64,000 bases of DNA from Parcubacteria bacterium C7867-007 (GTDB lineage: Bacteria > Patescibacteriota > Minisyncoccia > Phycocordibacterales > Phycocordibacteraceae), in NCBI GenBank assembly GCA_001189195.1, contig LFCQ01000003.1:7059-71058 (forward strand), given 5' to 3'. Shown here piece by piece: positions 19,000-29,457 of the stretch. Under the pieces are notes generated by a model, which ran no database searches, was not told the origin of the DNA, and worked only from the letters and a program-made list of their open reading frames with translations. Made by a program: the position numbers and the translations under genes. Positions within the stretch are counted from its first letter, which is position 1; each line of letters opens with the position of its first letter.

Positions 19000-20642
19000 T
19001 GCTTTGAAGAACGTTTCTTGTGCGTTTTGATGGGCTTGAGATCTCCCTTTACTGACGTGGTGCCGCGCTCAGGAATTTCCAATGACACACGAATGTGTCT
19101 GCGTGCCATGCTGGTGCGCGCATAATCAAGCCACTTAGTGGTTGGATGTGCAGATGCCTTCTCAAGAATCTCCACCACATCACCGTTGCGAAGCACAGTA
19201 TCAAAGGACACCATCTTGCTATTCACCTTTGCACCGTACATGTGGTTACCCAACTCACTATGAATCGCATAGGCGAAGTCCACTGCCGTTGAATTAATCG
19301 GGAGGTCTATAACATCACCCTTTGGAGAGAATACAAATACACGATGTGAGAAGAAGTCTTCTCGAAGTCCTTGTACGAAATCCTCACTGCCCGCGGTTGG
19401 CGCATGTGCATCAGCGAGTTCAGAAAGCCATCGGGGTGCTTCCTGTACCTTCTTTGCTTTCACCTTAGCGGTTGGAGCAGGAACGATAGGAGAGGTCATC
19501 TTTCCACGAGAGAGATTAAGAAGACTTGGAACGAGTCCACGCATCCATGAGAAAGAGAGTCGCTCAAACGCAACACGTTGTGCCTGCTTCTCAAGCTTCT
19601 GACCCTTATCACCCAGCTGCTTGTATGACATGTGTGAGGCAATGCCATACTGCGCATTCTGATGCATTTCTTCAGTGCGTACCTGTACTTCCACAATACC
19701 CGCATCACCAGTTAGGATCGTGGTGTGCAGTGACTGGTATCCATTTGGTTTGGTGAAGGAGATATAGTCTTTAAATTCTCCTGGAAGTGGTTTCCAGAGT
19801 GAATGAATCACTCCAAGTACCGTATAGCAGTCGTCTACCGTTGGGACGATAACCCGCAAAGCAGCAATGTCGTGAATGGCAGCAATGTCGTCATTCTTGC
19901 GTACCAGCTTCTGATGCAGGCTCCATAACCCTTTCATACGAATGTCGGTACGGAAGTTCTTGAGTCCGCGACGTACGAGTGCGTGTTGGAGTTCTTTCTG
20001 TACCCGCACGAGACCTTCTTGTGTCTCTTTAGTCTTAAGCTTACGTACTTCCATCACGTGTGTGTGTGCATCCGCGTCAACGTACGGGAACGATAGGTCT
20101 TCCAAATCTCGTTTAAGCATACCCATACCAAGACGGTCTGCCAGTGGGGCATAGATTTCCAAGGTCTCTAGTGCGATGCGACGACGCTTTGCTTCAGGCA
20201 CATGCTCAAGCGTGGTCATGTTGTGATAGCGGTCTGCAAGCTTGATGATAAGCACACGAACATCAGCTGATGTCGCAACAAGAAGACGTCTGAGAGACTC
20301 TGCATGACGCTCTGCGCCCCGATACTTATGCTTTCCGAGCTTGGTGACACCTTCAACTAAGAAACGCACGTCAGAGCCAAATTCTTGCTCTATCTGATCT
20401 TCAGTCACTCCGGCATCTTCAACAGTGTCGTGAAGGAGTCCTGCTGCAACGGTATCTGCATCCATGCCAAGTTCAGCAAGATGTCGTGCAACCGCAGCAG
20501 GGTGGAGGAAATACTGTTCACCGGAATAGCGCTTGTGTTCTTTGTGTGCTTCTTCAGAAAATACATATGCCTTGCGTATGAGCGCCTCCTCCTCAGGTGA
20601 GACGTCTCGCATTGCTGCCAGGATTTCCTTGACGGTCGTCAT
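18996..20642 (-). CDS. rel: RelA/SpoT-family (p)ppGpp synthetase/hydrolase (HD-SYNTH-TGS, no ACT domain)
   Basis: LLHDTVED, IKLADRYHNM, KPNGYQSLHT, EVQVRT, TGS 'VDFAYAIHSELG'. Confidence 0.93.
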   Translation of the reverse strand: MTTVKEILAAMRDVSPEEEALIRKAYVFSEEAHKEHKRYSGEQYFLHPAAVARHLAELGMDADTVAAGLLHDTVEDAGVTEDQIEQEFGSDVRFLVEGVTKLGKHKYRGAERHAESLRRLLVATSADVRVLIIKLADRYHNMTTLEHVPEAKRRRIALETLEIYAPLADRLGMGMLKRDLEDLSFPYVDADAHTHVMEVRKLKTKETQEGLVRVQKELQHALVRRGLKNFRTDIRMKGLWSLHQKLVRKNDDIAAIHDIAALRVIVPTVDDCYTVLGVIHSLWKPLPGEFKDYISFTKPNGYQSLHTTILTGDAGIVEVQVRTEEMHQNAQYGIASHMSYKQLGDKGQKLEKQAQRVAFERLSFSWMRGLVPSLLNLSRGKMTSPIVPAPTAKVKAKKVQEAPRWLSELADAHAPTAGSEDFVQGLREDFFSHRVFVFSPKGDVIDLPINSTAVDFAYAIHSELGNHMYGAKVNSKMVSFDTVLRNGDVVEILEKASAHPTTKWLDYARTSMARRHIRVSLEIPERGTTSVKGDLKPIKTHKKRSSKH

Positions 20643-20699
20643 ACAGTACCGCATAGTCTATCACCAGAGACGCACACCACCAACTTGGGGAACGTTAAT

Positions 20700-20921
20700 G
20701 CGCAAAAAAATCGGTACTCCTGGCATCCACTGTGATGAAGGGGCGGTAGCCACCATATGCAGTATCTGCAGCGGGGCACACCGAACCCCTGATTGTCCAC
20801 GACTCAGGACGCTTGATAAATGCGGTTTCTTTGAGGGTGACGGAGGCGAGATTCCACTAAGTCCCAGAAGGATCCGCATGTTCGGTCTCCCTGATTTCCC
20901 GCCATTCATAGACTGAATGGC
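20700..20921. ncRNA. Candidate structured RNA, family not recognised
   Basis: Nested complementary segments ACCGAAC/GTTCGGT, CCTGA/TCAGG, ATGCGG/CCGCAT, GCCATTCA/TGAATGGC in a gap with no convincing ORF. Confidence 0.3.
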
Positions 20922-20937
20922 AAAGCAGTGTAACGAG

Positions 20938-20965
20938 AAAGTCGTGTCCCGAGGGACACGACTTT
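20938..20965 (-). terminator. topA terminator
   Basis: AAAGTCGTGTCCC-GA-GGGACACGACTTT perfect inverted repeat immediately after the topA stop. Confidence 0.85.
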
Positions 20966-20967
20966 TC

Positions 20968-23376
20968 CTATTTCAAATACTCTGCAGCTTCAAGCGGCGT
21001 GAGTTCTTCGGGCTTCTGAGACTCTGGCAGGTATATCCTGCGCAAACCTTTCTTTAGGAATAGACCTTGTTTGGACTTGTATAGCACGATCGTTTTCCCA
21101 GTCTTTGGATGCTTCCCAACCTCGGTAACAATTTCAACACCACGGGGTGGTTGCTTCGGCTGATTAAGAATTGCAATAGCCTCATCAAGAGTAATAGTGT
21201 ACGGATCAAGTTTCTTGATAGAGCGGAACTCTCCATCGTGTGCAACGTATGGACCAAAACGTCCTGTGTTTGCAACAATCATCTTTCCGCTCACAGAATG
21301 CGCACCAAGGTCTCGTGGCAGTGAAAGATATTTAACGGCATCTGCAAGCGTTACGTTTGCAAGATCGGTTCCTGCAGGAATACTTGCACGCTTAACATTC
21401 AACTTTGGCTTCTTTTTCTTTGCTACACGCTTGGCACCCTTCTTCTTAGGTTTCTCTTCTTTGACCTCTGCAACCTCTTCAGCAGGTGCGTCTTCAAGAG
21501 GCATCTCAACATAGGGACCATAGCGGCCTGTGCGAATGAAAATAGGGAAGCCGGTATCTGGGTGCATACCGATAGGCTCATCTTGTTTAAGCTCCGTACC
21601 ATCTTCCTGACGTGCGCCATCACACTCTGGATATCGGGTGCAGCTCATGAAGATACCGCCACGACCTAGCTTGAATTCCATAGGTGCGCCACAGATAGGG
21701 CAAGGGAATTCTGCAGGTACTTCTCCCAGTGATGTTGCTTTAGGAAGTTTGTCTTTAGCGGCAATGGCCTTCTCAAATGGACCATAGAAAGCAGTCATGG
21801 TTGGAAGGTATCCTCGTTCACCTCGTGCTATTTCATCAAGCTCGTCTTCCATCTCTGCAGTGAACACATCAGAAATATATTCTGCAAAGTGTTCTTCAAG
21901 CCAACCAGATACCACCATACCGGTTGCCGTTGGAGTTAGAGTGCGACCAGTCTTCTCAACATAGCCACGATCCTGAATCGTTTTCATGGTGGATGCATAC
22001 GTTGAAGGGCGACCGATACCACGCTTTTCAAGCTCCTTAATTAAACCTGCTTCGGTATATCGGTTTGGTGGCTCAGTTTGCTTCTCTTCTTCACCAAGAG
22101 AGATAAGAGAGAGGATTTCGTTGATCTCTAGTTTTGGAAGCTCAACATCTTCGCCCCGAGCACGGGTATCGCAGGCGAGCCAGCCCGGGAAAAGGATACG
22201 AGAACCGGTGGTGGTGAATGCAGGAATCTCTGCTTCCGCTTGGCTGGTTACCGTGGTGCGTAGGGTACGTGCTGCTTTCATCTGAGACGCTACCGTACGA
22301 CGACGTATCAAATCATAGAGCGCCTGCTCATCTCCCACGGCTCCTGCGGTTGCACGACTTGGATCTGTTGGACGTACCGCTTCGTGTGCCTCCTGCGCAT
22401 TCTTGCTCTTTGTCTTGTATACACGCTTCTCTGCATATTCCTTTCCATATTCTTTCTCTGCAACAGAAAGCAACTTAGTGATTGCGTCCATACCTAGGTT
22501 TACTGAGTCAGTACGCATATACGTGATGTGTCCTGCCTCATACAGTTTCTGTGCGGCACGCATAGTACGACTTGGAGAGAATCCAAGGCGTGTGCTTGCT
22601 GCCTGCTGCAGTGTGGAGGTGGTGAATGGAGGACGGGGAACGCGCTCTTCTTCACGCTCTTTGATATCTGCGATTTTCCACGCAGCCTCACGACCAAGCA
22701 TTACGATACGTTCCGCTTCCTCCCGTGTCGCAGGTTGCTCTACACACTTTGCCGTGAATTCTGTTCCTTTCCCTTTCAGGATTGCTTCGAGTACAAAATA
22801 CGTAACAGGAATGAATGCTTTGATCTCGCGCTCACGTTCTGCAAGGATGCGTAGGGCAGGAGATTGCACACGACCTGCCGAGAGTCCGTAGCGAACCTTC
22901 TTCCAGATGAGACCAGAGAGGTCATAGCCAACAATACGATCGAGGACACGACGCGCCTCCTGTGCTTCACGCAGGTTCTCGTCAATAAGGCGGGGATGGG
23001 CTAGCGCCTCCTCCACTGCTGCTTTGGTGATTTCGTGAAATACCACACGCTTTGGTTTCTTAAGTCCAACAGCTTGCTGGATGTGCCAAGCGATTGCCTC
23101 ACCTTCGCGGTCAGGGTCTGTTGCAAGAAAGATGTCACTAGCCTTCGCGGCTGCCTTCTGGATCTTTTCAATTACCTCACGCTTGTCTGCATTAATCACG
23201 TAGCGGGGTACGAAACCACCCTCAATATCTACTGCATCCTTATTCGTCTTTGGAAGATCTCGTACGTGACCCACAGACGCAAGCACCTCGTATTCGTTTC
23301 CGAGGTACTGTTGGATCGTTCGCGCCTTTGCGGGAGACTCTACGATGAGAAGCTTTTTTCCTGTAGTGGTTGCCAT
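20968..23376 (-). CDS. topA: DNA topoisomerase I
   Basis: LLIVESPAKA, ATDPDREGEAI, SAGRVQS, catalytic ITYMRTDS, one Zn ribbon plus Topo_C repeats (GRYGPY, GRFGPY). Confidence 0.98.
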   Translation of the reverse strand: MATTTGKKLLIVESPAKARTIQQYLGNEYEVLASVGHVRDLPKTNKDAVDIEGGFVPRYVINADKREVIEKIQKAAAKASDIFLATDPDREGEAIAWHIQQAVGLKKPKRVVFHEITKAAVEEALAHPRLIDENLREAQEARRVLDRIVGYDLSGLIWKKVRYGLSAGRVQSPALRILAEREREIKAFIPVTYFVLEAILKGKGTEFTAKCVEQPATREEAERIVMLGREAAWKIADIKEREEERVPRPPFTTSTLQQAASTRLGFSPSRTMRAAQKLYEAGHITYMRTDSVNLGMDAITKLLSVAEKEYGKEYAEKRVYKTKSKNAQEAHEAVRPTDPSRATAGAVGDEQALYDLIRRRTVASQMKAARTLRTTVTSQAEAEIPAFTTTGSRILFPGWLACDTRARGEDVELPKLEINEILSLISLGEEEKQTEPPNRYTEAGLIKELEKRGIGRPSTYASTMKTIQDRGYVEKTGRTLTPTATGMVVSGWLEEHFAEYISDVFTAEMEDELDEIARGERGYLPTMTAFYGPFEKAIAAKDKLPKATSLGEVPAEFPCPICGAPMEFKLGRGGIFMSCTRYPECDGARQEDGTELKQDEPIGMHPDTGFPIFIRTGRYGPYVEMPLEDAPAEEVAEVKEEKPKKKGAKRVAKKKKPKLNVKRASIPAGTDLANVTLADAVKYLSLPRDLGAHSVSGKMIVANTGRFGPYVAHDGEFRSIKKLDPYTITLDEAIAILNQPKQPPRGVEIVTEVGKHPKTGKTIVLYKSKQGLFLKKGLRRIYLPESQKPEELTPLEAAEYLK

Positions 23377-23529
23377 GTTGCTAACTCATACCGCGCATAC
23401 CTATATATGGTCAAGGAGGAGATGCCGTACAGAGGTTGTGTGGTAGTGCAGTATTTCTTGATAAAACCCTGTAGTTGAAAGCTGGTAATAGGAAAGTGAT
23501 GTCGTGAATTTGCATCTTTGCACGCCTAA

Positions 23530-24198
23530 TCAAAACATCTCATGAACATCGATACGAAGTGCTTCAAGTATATGTTCTGGTTCTGACACAAGCTGTGCAC
23601 CGAGACGAATGAACTGGTGGGAACCAGCACTATTCATGTCACGTATACGGTGCGGAACACAGAGTAGGTCTCGATCGTATTCAGCGGCTAATCGTGCACT
23701 TATAAGCGTACCGGACTTCTCCCCTGCCTCTATCACGAGAACCGCATCAGCCATCCCCACCATGATCCGGTTACGCGAAGGGAAGTCTTGCACTTGTGCT
23801 TGGTGGTCCGATGGATGTTCAGATACCAGTGCACCACCCGCACTAAGTATTCTGTTTGCAAGATCAACGTTAGTGCGTGGATACAATACCGTATCTGATA
23901 GTCCTGAACCCGGAATACCGATGGTATGTATTCCCACTGCTAGTGCCGCTTCGTGCGCGCAGGCGTCAGCACCTAAAGCGAGACCAGAGATTATTGATAG
24001 AGGGTATCCAGCTAAGCCACCAATAAGATATTCGCAGGATTCTTTTCCATACGGTGTAAGAGCTCGTGAACCCACTACCGTTAAACATTTTGTTTCTGGT
24101 ATTGGTAACGTGCCACGTACCCAAAGCTGTTCTGGTGGGTTAGGGATCTGAAGTAATTGCAATGGAAACCTCTCTTTTGTAAGTATTGAAGCTTCCAT
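23530..24198 (-). CDS. dprA: DNA-processing protein DprA
   Basis: VVGSR, IISGLALGAD, FPSRNRIM, VIEAGEKSGTL; adjacent to topA. Confidence 0.95.
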   Translation of the reverse strand: MEASILTKERFPLQLLQIPNPPEQLWVRGTLPIPETKCLTVVGSRALTPYGKESCEYLIGGLAGYPLSIISGLALGADACAHEAALAVGIHTIGIPGSGLSDTVLYPRTNVDLANRILSAGGALVSEHPSDHQAQVQDFPSRNRIMVGMADAVLVIEAGEKSGTLISARLAAEYDRDLLCVPHRIRDMNSAGSHQFIRLGAQLVSEPEHILEALRIDVHEMF

Positions 24199-24307
24199 GC
24201 ACTCATAATCGCAAATGAGTGATAGTGTTCCAGTCAATTCTTTCTAAACAAACGCTGATTTTCTGCTGCTTTTCGTAATGGTAAACCTGTCGTAGAATGC
24301 GGAGAAC

Positions 24308-25576
24308 ATGCTTGATATTAATTTCATCCGCGAGAACGCTGATGTCGTAAAGGCGGGCGCTGAAAAGAAGCGCCTAGAAGTTGATATTGATCGACTCCTT
24401 TCTCTTGATAGCGAACGTAAAGTGCTGCGTGCAAAGCTTGATGACGGCAAAGCAGAGCAGAATCGTATGAGTGCAACGATTGCTAAGGCAGAAGGTGATG
24501 AACGTACCCAATACATTGAACGCATGCGTAGTGTAAAAGATGGCATGGTTGAGCTTGAGACCCAGTACGCAGCAATTCTTGAAGAGTGGCAGAAGATAAT
24601 GCTCACGGTCCCAAACATCCCTGATATGACCGTACCGGAAGGTGAGGATGATGCAGATAATCAGGAAGTACGTACGTGGGGTGAGATTCCTTCATTCTCA
24701 TTCACTCCAAAAGACCACATCGAGCTCATGACCGCTACAGGCATGGCAGACTTTGAGCGCGGTGCAAAAGTGGCAGGGTTCCGTGGATACTTCCTAAAAG
24801 GAGACGGAGTGCTTCTTGCGAATGCCCTATCACAGCTCGCCCTCAATCACTTCATGAGCAAGGGATTCGATCCGATGATGGTACCGAGCTTAGTACGTCG
24901 TGAGACATTCATGGGCACAGGATATCTTCCTCAAGGTGAAGATGATTTATATAAAACACAGGATGGTGAATACCTGGCAGGCACAGGTGAGGTTGCCGCA
25001 ATGGGATATCACATGGATGAGGTGCTTGAATGCACCGACCTACCAAAGCGCATGCTTGCATACTCGCCCTGCTTCCGTCGTGAGGCAGGAAGCCACAGCA
25101 AAGATACAAAGGGACTTATTCGTGTGCATGAATTCTTTAAATGGGAACAGATTGTACTTGCAGAAGCGTCACACGAAGGCTCGGTCCAGCTTCACGAGGA
25201 GATCACTGCAAATGCAGAAGAGTTCATGCAGAAGCTTGGTCTCCCATATCATGTCGTGGTGAACTGTGGTGGTGACCTAGGACTTGGACAAGTGAAGAAG
25301 TATGACATTGAGGCATGGATGCCATCACAAAATGCATACCGTGAGACCCACTCTGCTTCATACTTCCATGACTTCCAGACACGACGTTTGAACATTCGAT
25401 ATCGTGATGCAGAAGGGAAGATGCAATTCGCCCACTCACTCAACAACACGGCGGTTGCTATGCCGCGTGTACTCACCATGATCGTAGAGAATTATCAGCA
25501 GGAGGACGGCACTATCCGTGTTCCAGAAGTACTCGTTCCGTATGTCGGAAAGGAAATCCTGGGACGTCGTTCGTAA
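24308..25576 (+). CDS. serS: Serine--tRNA ligase
   Basis: MLDINFIREN, PCFRREAGS, GLIRVHEF, KKYDIEAW, HSLNNT. Confidence 0.98.
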   Translation: MLDINFIRENADVVKAGAEKKRLEVDIDRLLSLDSERKVLRAKLDDGKAEQNRMSATIAKAEGDERTQYIERMRSVKDGMVELETQYAAILEEWQKIMLTVPNIPDMTVPEGEDDADNQEVRTWGEIPSFSFTPKDHIELMTATGMADFERGAKVAGFRGYFLKGDGVLLANALSQLALNHFMSKGFDPMMVPSLVRRETFMGTGYLPQGEDDLYKTQDGEYLAGTGEVAAMGYHMDEVLECTDLPKRMLAYSPCFRREAGSHSKDTKGLIRVHEFFKWEQIVLAEASHEGSVQLHEEITANAEEFMQKLGLPYHVVVNCGGDLGLGQVKKYDIEAWMPSQNAYRETHSASYFHDFQTRRLNIRYRDAEGKMQFAHSLNNTAVAMPRVLTMIVENYQQEDGTIRVPEVLVPYVGKEILGRRS

Positions 25577-26486
25577 GCCGGTAAAGCCTGTTGGTCACCC
25601 CGTCGCAACTCATGCGCCGGCAGTTTCAAGTGGTCCTCGTAGAAACACACCTACCAAGCGTACCTCTTCTCGACCACTAAAGGAGCAGCGCAAGAAGCAA
25701 CGTAAAACGGTTCTTATTATAGTAAGTATCATTTTGGTAATACTTGTTGCTGCAGCTATGTATGTTGCCTGGCTCCCTGCACTTCGTGTGAGTGCGTTTG
25801 AGGTAAAGGGATCAGAACAAGAAGGTATTCGTGCAACTGCTGAGCGTGCAATCACTGGCATTCACTGGTTTGGTTTGCCACGTAATTCTATTTTTGTACT
25901 TCCTGAAACTGCTATTCGTGATCAAATACTTGCAGACTACCCATCAGTGAGCGCGGTTTCTCTAAAGCCTACAGCGCTCAACACTATACTCATTACCGTC
26001 ACACCACGCGTATCAGGATTCATCTGGTGCGGTGTTTCAGTGGACGCACCTCCTGCAGATGGACAATGCTTTGATACTGATTCTGAGGGGTTAGTATTTG
26101 GACCCGCAACATACACTCAAACCTCTGCAAGCTCTTCTCTTCGTATCTTTGCTCCCCTTGATCGTGAGATCGGTGTGTCACCTGTTGGTGCGCATGTGGT
26201 GAACTCAAAGCAGATACCTGATGCACTACGCTTTGTTAAAGCAGTTCGAAGTCTCGGTGCTCCCGTCTCTACTCTTTCCATACAAGGAGACGAAGCAGAC
26301 CTGTACCTTCAAGGCCCCACCCGTATTAGATATGTGCTTGGACGTGAAGAACAAGCTGCGCAACTTGCAACCAGTGTTTTTCCAACCCTCACCCTCACTG
26401 ATCGCACCATTGAATATATTGACCTGCGATTCGTGGGGGAACCAGGCCAACCAGGCAAGGTATACGTGAAAAGATTCGGAGAATAA
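25542..26486 (+). CDS. FtsQ/DivIB-like cell division protein
   Basis: Basic N-terminus, single TM, POTRA-like region, C-terminal 'IEYIDLRF...KVYVK'. Confidence 0.7.
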   Translation: MSERKSWDVVRKPVKPVGHPVATHAPAVSSGPRRNTPTKRTSSRPLKEQRKKQRKTVLIIVSIILVILVAAAMYVAWLPALRVSAFEVKGSEQEGIRATAERAITGIHWFGLPRNSIFVLPETAIRDQILADYPSVSAVSLKPTALNTILITVTPRVSGFIWCGVSVDAPPADGQCFDTDSEGLVFGPATYTQTSASSSLRIFAPLDREIGVSPVGAHVVNSKQIPDALRFVKAVRSLGAPVSTLSIQGDEADLYLQGPTRIRYVLGREEQAAQLATSVFPTLTLTDRTIEYIDLRFVGEPGQPGKVYVKRFGE

Positions 26487-26500
26487 GGTACGGTGCCCGT

Positions 26501-27484
26501 ATGGACTCATTCTGGAGCAAACTTCCAAAACCATTCTTTGCACTAGCGCCCATGGCGGATGTGACGGACCCTGCGTATCGTCGCCTTATCGCTGAGTATG
26601 GTGCCCCACACGTAACCTGGACGGAATTCGTCTCGGCGGATGGTCTATATCATACCCGTGAGAAGAAGGGCATGAAGGATGGAGAGAATCCCCTTGTCCG
26701 TGATCTTCAGTACTCAGAAGCAGAGCGCCCTATCGTCGCGCAGATATTCGGAAGTATCCCAGAGACGATTGAATATGCATCTGAACTAGTGGCAACACTC
26801 GGGTTTGATGGAGTGGATATAAATATGGGATGTCCTGACCGCTCCATTGAGAAGCAGGGTGCAGGTGCCGGCATGATAAAGACTCCTGAACTCGTGGCGC
26901 CCATTGTTGAGGCGGCACGCCGTGGAGCCGCACGTGGAAAAGAAGGAGGTATTCCTGTCTCACTTAAGACGCGTATCGGATACCATCAAGAAACCATGGA
27001 TACCTGGCTACCGGTGGTGCTTGCAGCAAAGCCTGATGCTCTCACGGTGCACCTGCGTACTCGTAAGGAGATGTCTAAGGTGGATGCACATTGGGAACTT
27101 ATGGCACGTGCAGTCGCGTTGCGTGATGCACATAGTCCAAACACGATCATTCTTGGAAACGGTGATGTAAACGATTTGAATGATGCACGCACTAAAGCAG
27201 AAGCATCGGGAGCAGATGGCATCATGCTCGGCCGCGCCATATTTGGTACCCCGTGGTTGTTCACTGATCGTGTGGAGGTAACCCCTGCAGAGCGCATTGA
27301 AGCACTCCGTACACTTGCACAGTATTTTAGTGAACTCCGACCCACAAAGTCCTTCCACCTACTCAAGAAGCACATTAAATCATTCATAACCGGCTGGGAT
27401 GGTGCTGCACAGCTCCGTGGGGCACTTATGAATGCCAGTACCCTAGAAGAATTGGAAAGTATTCTCGCTGCAGCAAAGCCGTAG
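26501..27484 (+). CDS. dus: tRNA-dihydrouridine synthase
   Basis: LAPMADVTD, TEFVS, DINMGCP, VHLRT, GNGDV, MLGRA. Confidence 0.95.
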   Translation: MDSFWSKLPKPFFALAPMADVTDPAYRRLIAEYGAPHVTWTEFVSADGLYHTREKKGMKDGENPLVRDLQYSEAERPIVAQIFGSIPETIEYASELVATLGFDGVDINMGCPDRSIEKQGAGAGMIKTPELVAPIVEAARRGAARGKEGGIPVSLKTRIGYHQETMDTWLPVVLAAKPDALTVHLRTRKEMSKVDAHWELMARAVALRDAHSPNTIILGNGDVNDLNDARTKAEASGADGIMLGRAIFGTPWLFTDRVEVTPAERIEALRTLAQYFSELRPTKSFHLLKKHIKSFITGWDGAAQLRGALMNASTLEELESILAAAKP

Positions 27485-27500
27485 TGGTACACTTTGAGTA

Positions 27501-28535
27501 ATGGCGCATCAGTCTCTGTATCGCAAATATCGTCCGTACACCTTCAAGGATGTTGCAGGACAAGATCAAGTTATCGTGCCACTTCAGGCACAGATAGAAG
27601 GGAAATCAGTGGGGCACGCATACCTCTTTGCAGGATCCCGTGGCTTAGGAAAGACCTCAATTGCTCGTATCTTTGCTCGTGAACTTGGTACTCAAGATTC
27701 AGATCTCTATGAGATAGATGCTGCTTCAAATAACAGTGTTGATGATATTCGTGCCCTCACAGAGAATGTGTACACACTTCCTTTTGCCTCTCCATACAAG
27801 GTATATATTCTTGACGAGGCACACATGCTCTCAAAGGGAGCATGGAATGCGTTCCTGAAGACCCTTGAAGAGCCTCCTGCACATGCACTGTTCATTCTTG
27901 CGACGACTGAACTTGATAAGGTGCCTGAAACAGTACAGTCTCGTTGTCAGGTATTTCAACTCCGAAAGCCAACACGTTCTGGTCTTGCTTCCCTTGTTAC
28001 CGATATTGCAAAGAAGGAGGGATACTCTATTGAACCTGCAGCTGCTGATCTCCTTTCACTCATGGGAGATGGTTCATACCGTGATGCGCTCTCTATGCTT
28101 GAGAAAGCACTAGCCTCAGCAACAGGAAAGAAACTCACCCTTGAAGAAACTGAACAGGCAACCGGTGCACCAAAACATAGCCTCGTGTATGCACTTGTTC
28201 TAGCACTTTCAAGTGGAAACACGGAAGGTGCACTCACTAGTATTTCTAAGGCAGCAGCAGCTGAAGTGAATATGAACCTCTATCTCACACTCATTCTTGA
28301 GCGTATGCGTCTCATCCTCCTCACACGCCATGCGTCAGATATGCGTACTCAAATTAAAGAAGAAGTTGGTGCAGAAGAATATGCGGACATTGAGAAGATC
28401 GCTTCTTCAAAGGAATCAGTACTCACCCATCAAACACTCCGTATCTTTATTGATGCAGCAGCACGTATTCGTTTTTCACCTATCCCTCAGCTTCCGCTAG
28501 AGCTTGCGGTGTTGGAAGCAACAACGGGGAGCTAG
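27501..28535 (+). CDS. dnaX: DNA polymerase III subunit gamma/tau (short form)
   Basis: LYRKYRP, GSRGLGKTS, EIDAASNN, ILDEAHML, KTLEEPP, SRC. Confidence 0.96.
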   Translation: MAHQSLYRKYRPYTFKDVAGQDQVIVPLQAQIEGKSVGHAYLFAGSRGLGKTSIARIFARELGTQDSDLYEIDAASNNSVDDIRALTENVYTLPFASPYKVYILDEAHMLSKGAWNAFLKTLEEPPAHALFILATTELDKVPETVQSRCQVFQLRKPTRSGLASLVTDIAKKEGYSIEPAAADLLSLMGDGSYRDALSMLEKALASATGKKLTLEETEQATGAPKHSLVYALVLALSSGNTEGALTSISKAAAAEVNMNLYLTLILERMRLILLTRHASDMRTQIKEEVGAEEYADIEKIASSKESVLTHQTLRIFIDAAARIRFSPIPQLPLELAVLEATTGS

Positions 28536-28819
28536 TGGTTTGCGAGAAGATTTCCTCCTCCACGGATACTTTGAACATCTACCAGCTGACGAGGGGTGAT
28601 TTGGTAGTTTGCTTGTACATACCGAAGATCATGACGGAGTTCACGTGCCATAGCGCGTTCACGCTCTGATACTAATTCAGACTCGCAGTTATTAAGAGCT
28701 TCTTCAAGAAAGCCCATCATGGTTGCAAGGAAGGCGAAGTAGTCACCCGTCTTAATATGGAAATCAATATGCTGTGGCGAGTCGTTCAGTATGAGGGTGG
28801 TGGTTGGGGTGCTGTACAT
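28532..28819 (-). CDS. Hypothetical protein
   Basis: 95-aa ORF with protein-like composition (FHIKTGDYFAFLAT...ELRHDLRYVQANY). Confidence 0.6.
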   Translation of the reverse strand: MYSTPTTTLILNDSPQHIDFHIKTGDYFAFLATMMGFLEEALNNCESELVSERERAMARELRHDLRYVQANYQITPRQLVDVQSIRGGGNLLANH

Positions 28820-28938
28820 ACTCTCAGTCTACGTACTAAGCAGGGGTGTGGGGAAGCTTTGTCTGGGGAAAACTTACTCAGTATCTTCATCGTTTCTTTA
28901 CTTGCCCGACCAACAGCTTCCGTGCATGATGAATCCAT

Positions 28939-29009
28939 TGGGAGATCGTCTAATGGTAGGACAGCGGCCTTTGAAGCCGTGAATCTAGGTTCGATCCCTA
29001 GTCTCCCAG
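28939..29009 (+). tRNA. tRNA-Gln(TTG)
   Basis: TGGGAGA TCGTCTAATGGTAGGAC, GCGGC-CTTTGAA-GCCGT, CTAGG-TTCGATC-CCTAG TCTCCCA G. Confidence 0.96.
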
Positions 29010-29062
29010 CTTGCAGTGTTATAAAAAATCGCCCCCACCTGAGCAGGAGCGATTGGGTAACG

Positions 29063-29293
29063 TTACCCAGCGTTGTAGGAACCTAGCACAATTCCTTGCG
29101 GGGCCGTTTCGCTTGCGCAACCAAGCCGTACGCAAGAAACTATGCTCAGATCATCCCAGATTTTACCTTCATCAGCAGCGCGACCGTTGGCGAGCCTTCT
29201 CGCTTCTTCTTCGGAAGACGCAACAATGACAAAAGCATCGTACTGCTCATACCCTGGCAATCTAGCGTCCTGCGAGAGGAGATAAATATGCAC
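29063..29293 (-). CDS. Small phage-like hypothetical protein
   Basis: MHIYLLSQ...YDAFVIVASSEEEARRLA...GIVLGSYNAG; SD GGAGG; TTGACA at 29400-29395. Confidence 0.65.
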   Translation of the reverse strand: MHIYLLSQDARLPGYEQYDAFVIVASSEEEARRLANGRAADEGKIWDDLSIVSCVRLGCASETAPQGIVLGSYNAG

Positions 29294-29457
29294 TGTAGCC
29301 CTCCGTGGTTAGTGTAGATTGGCTACGACTTTCCACGAAGCACATAGAGGAAGGGGCAAGTACGCAGGCTTGGTTTATCTTTTATTTGGGACGGTGTCAA
29401 TCAAAAAGGTTCCAACATCGTCCCATACAACCCTCACAAGCTGCTATACTCCCTGAT

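Noticed and set aside
20533-20916. ORFs 20661-20909(-) and 20533-20916(+)
   Set aside because: No start signals, atypical composition and overlap with rel; the region looks more like structured RNA.
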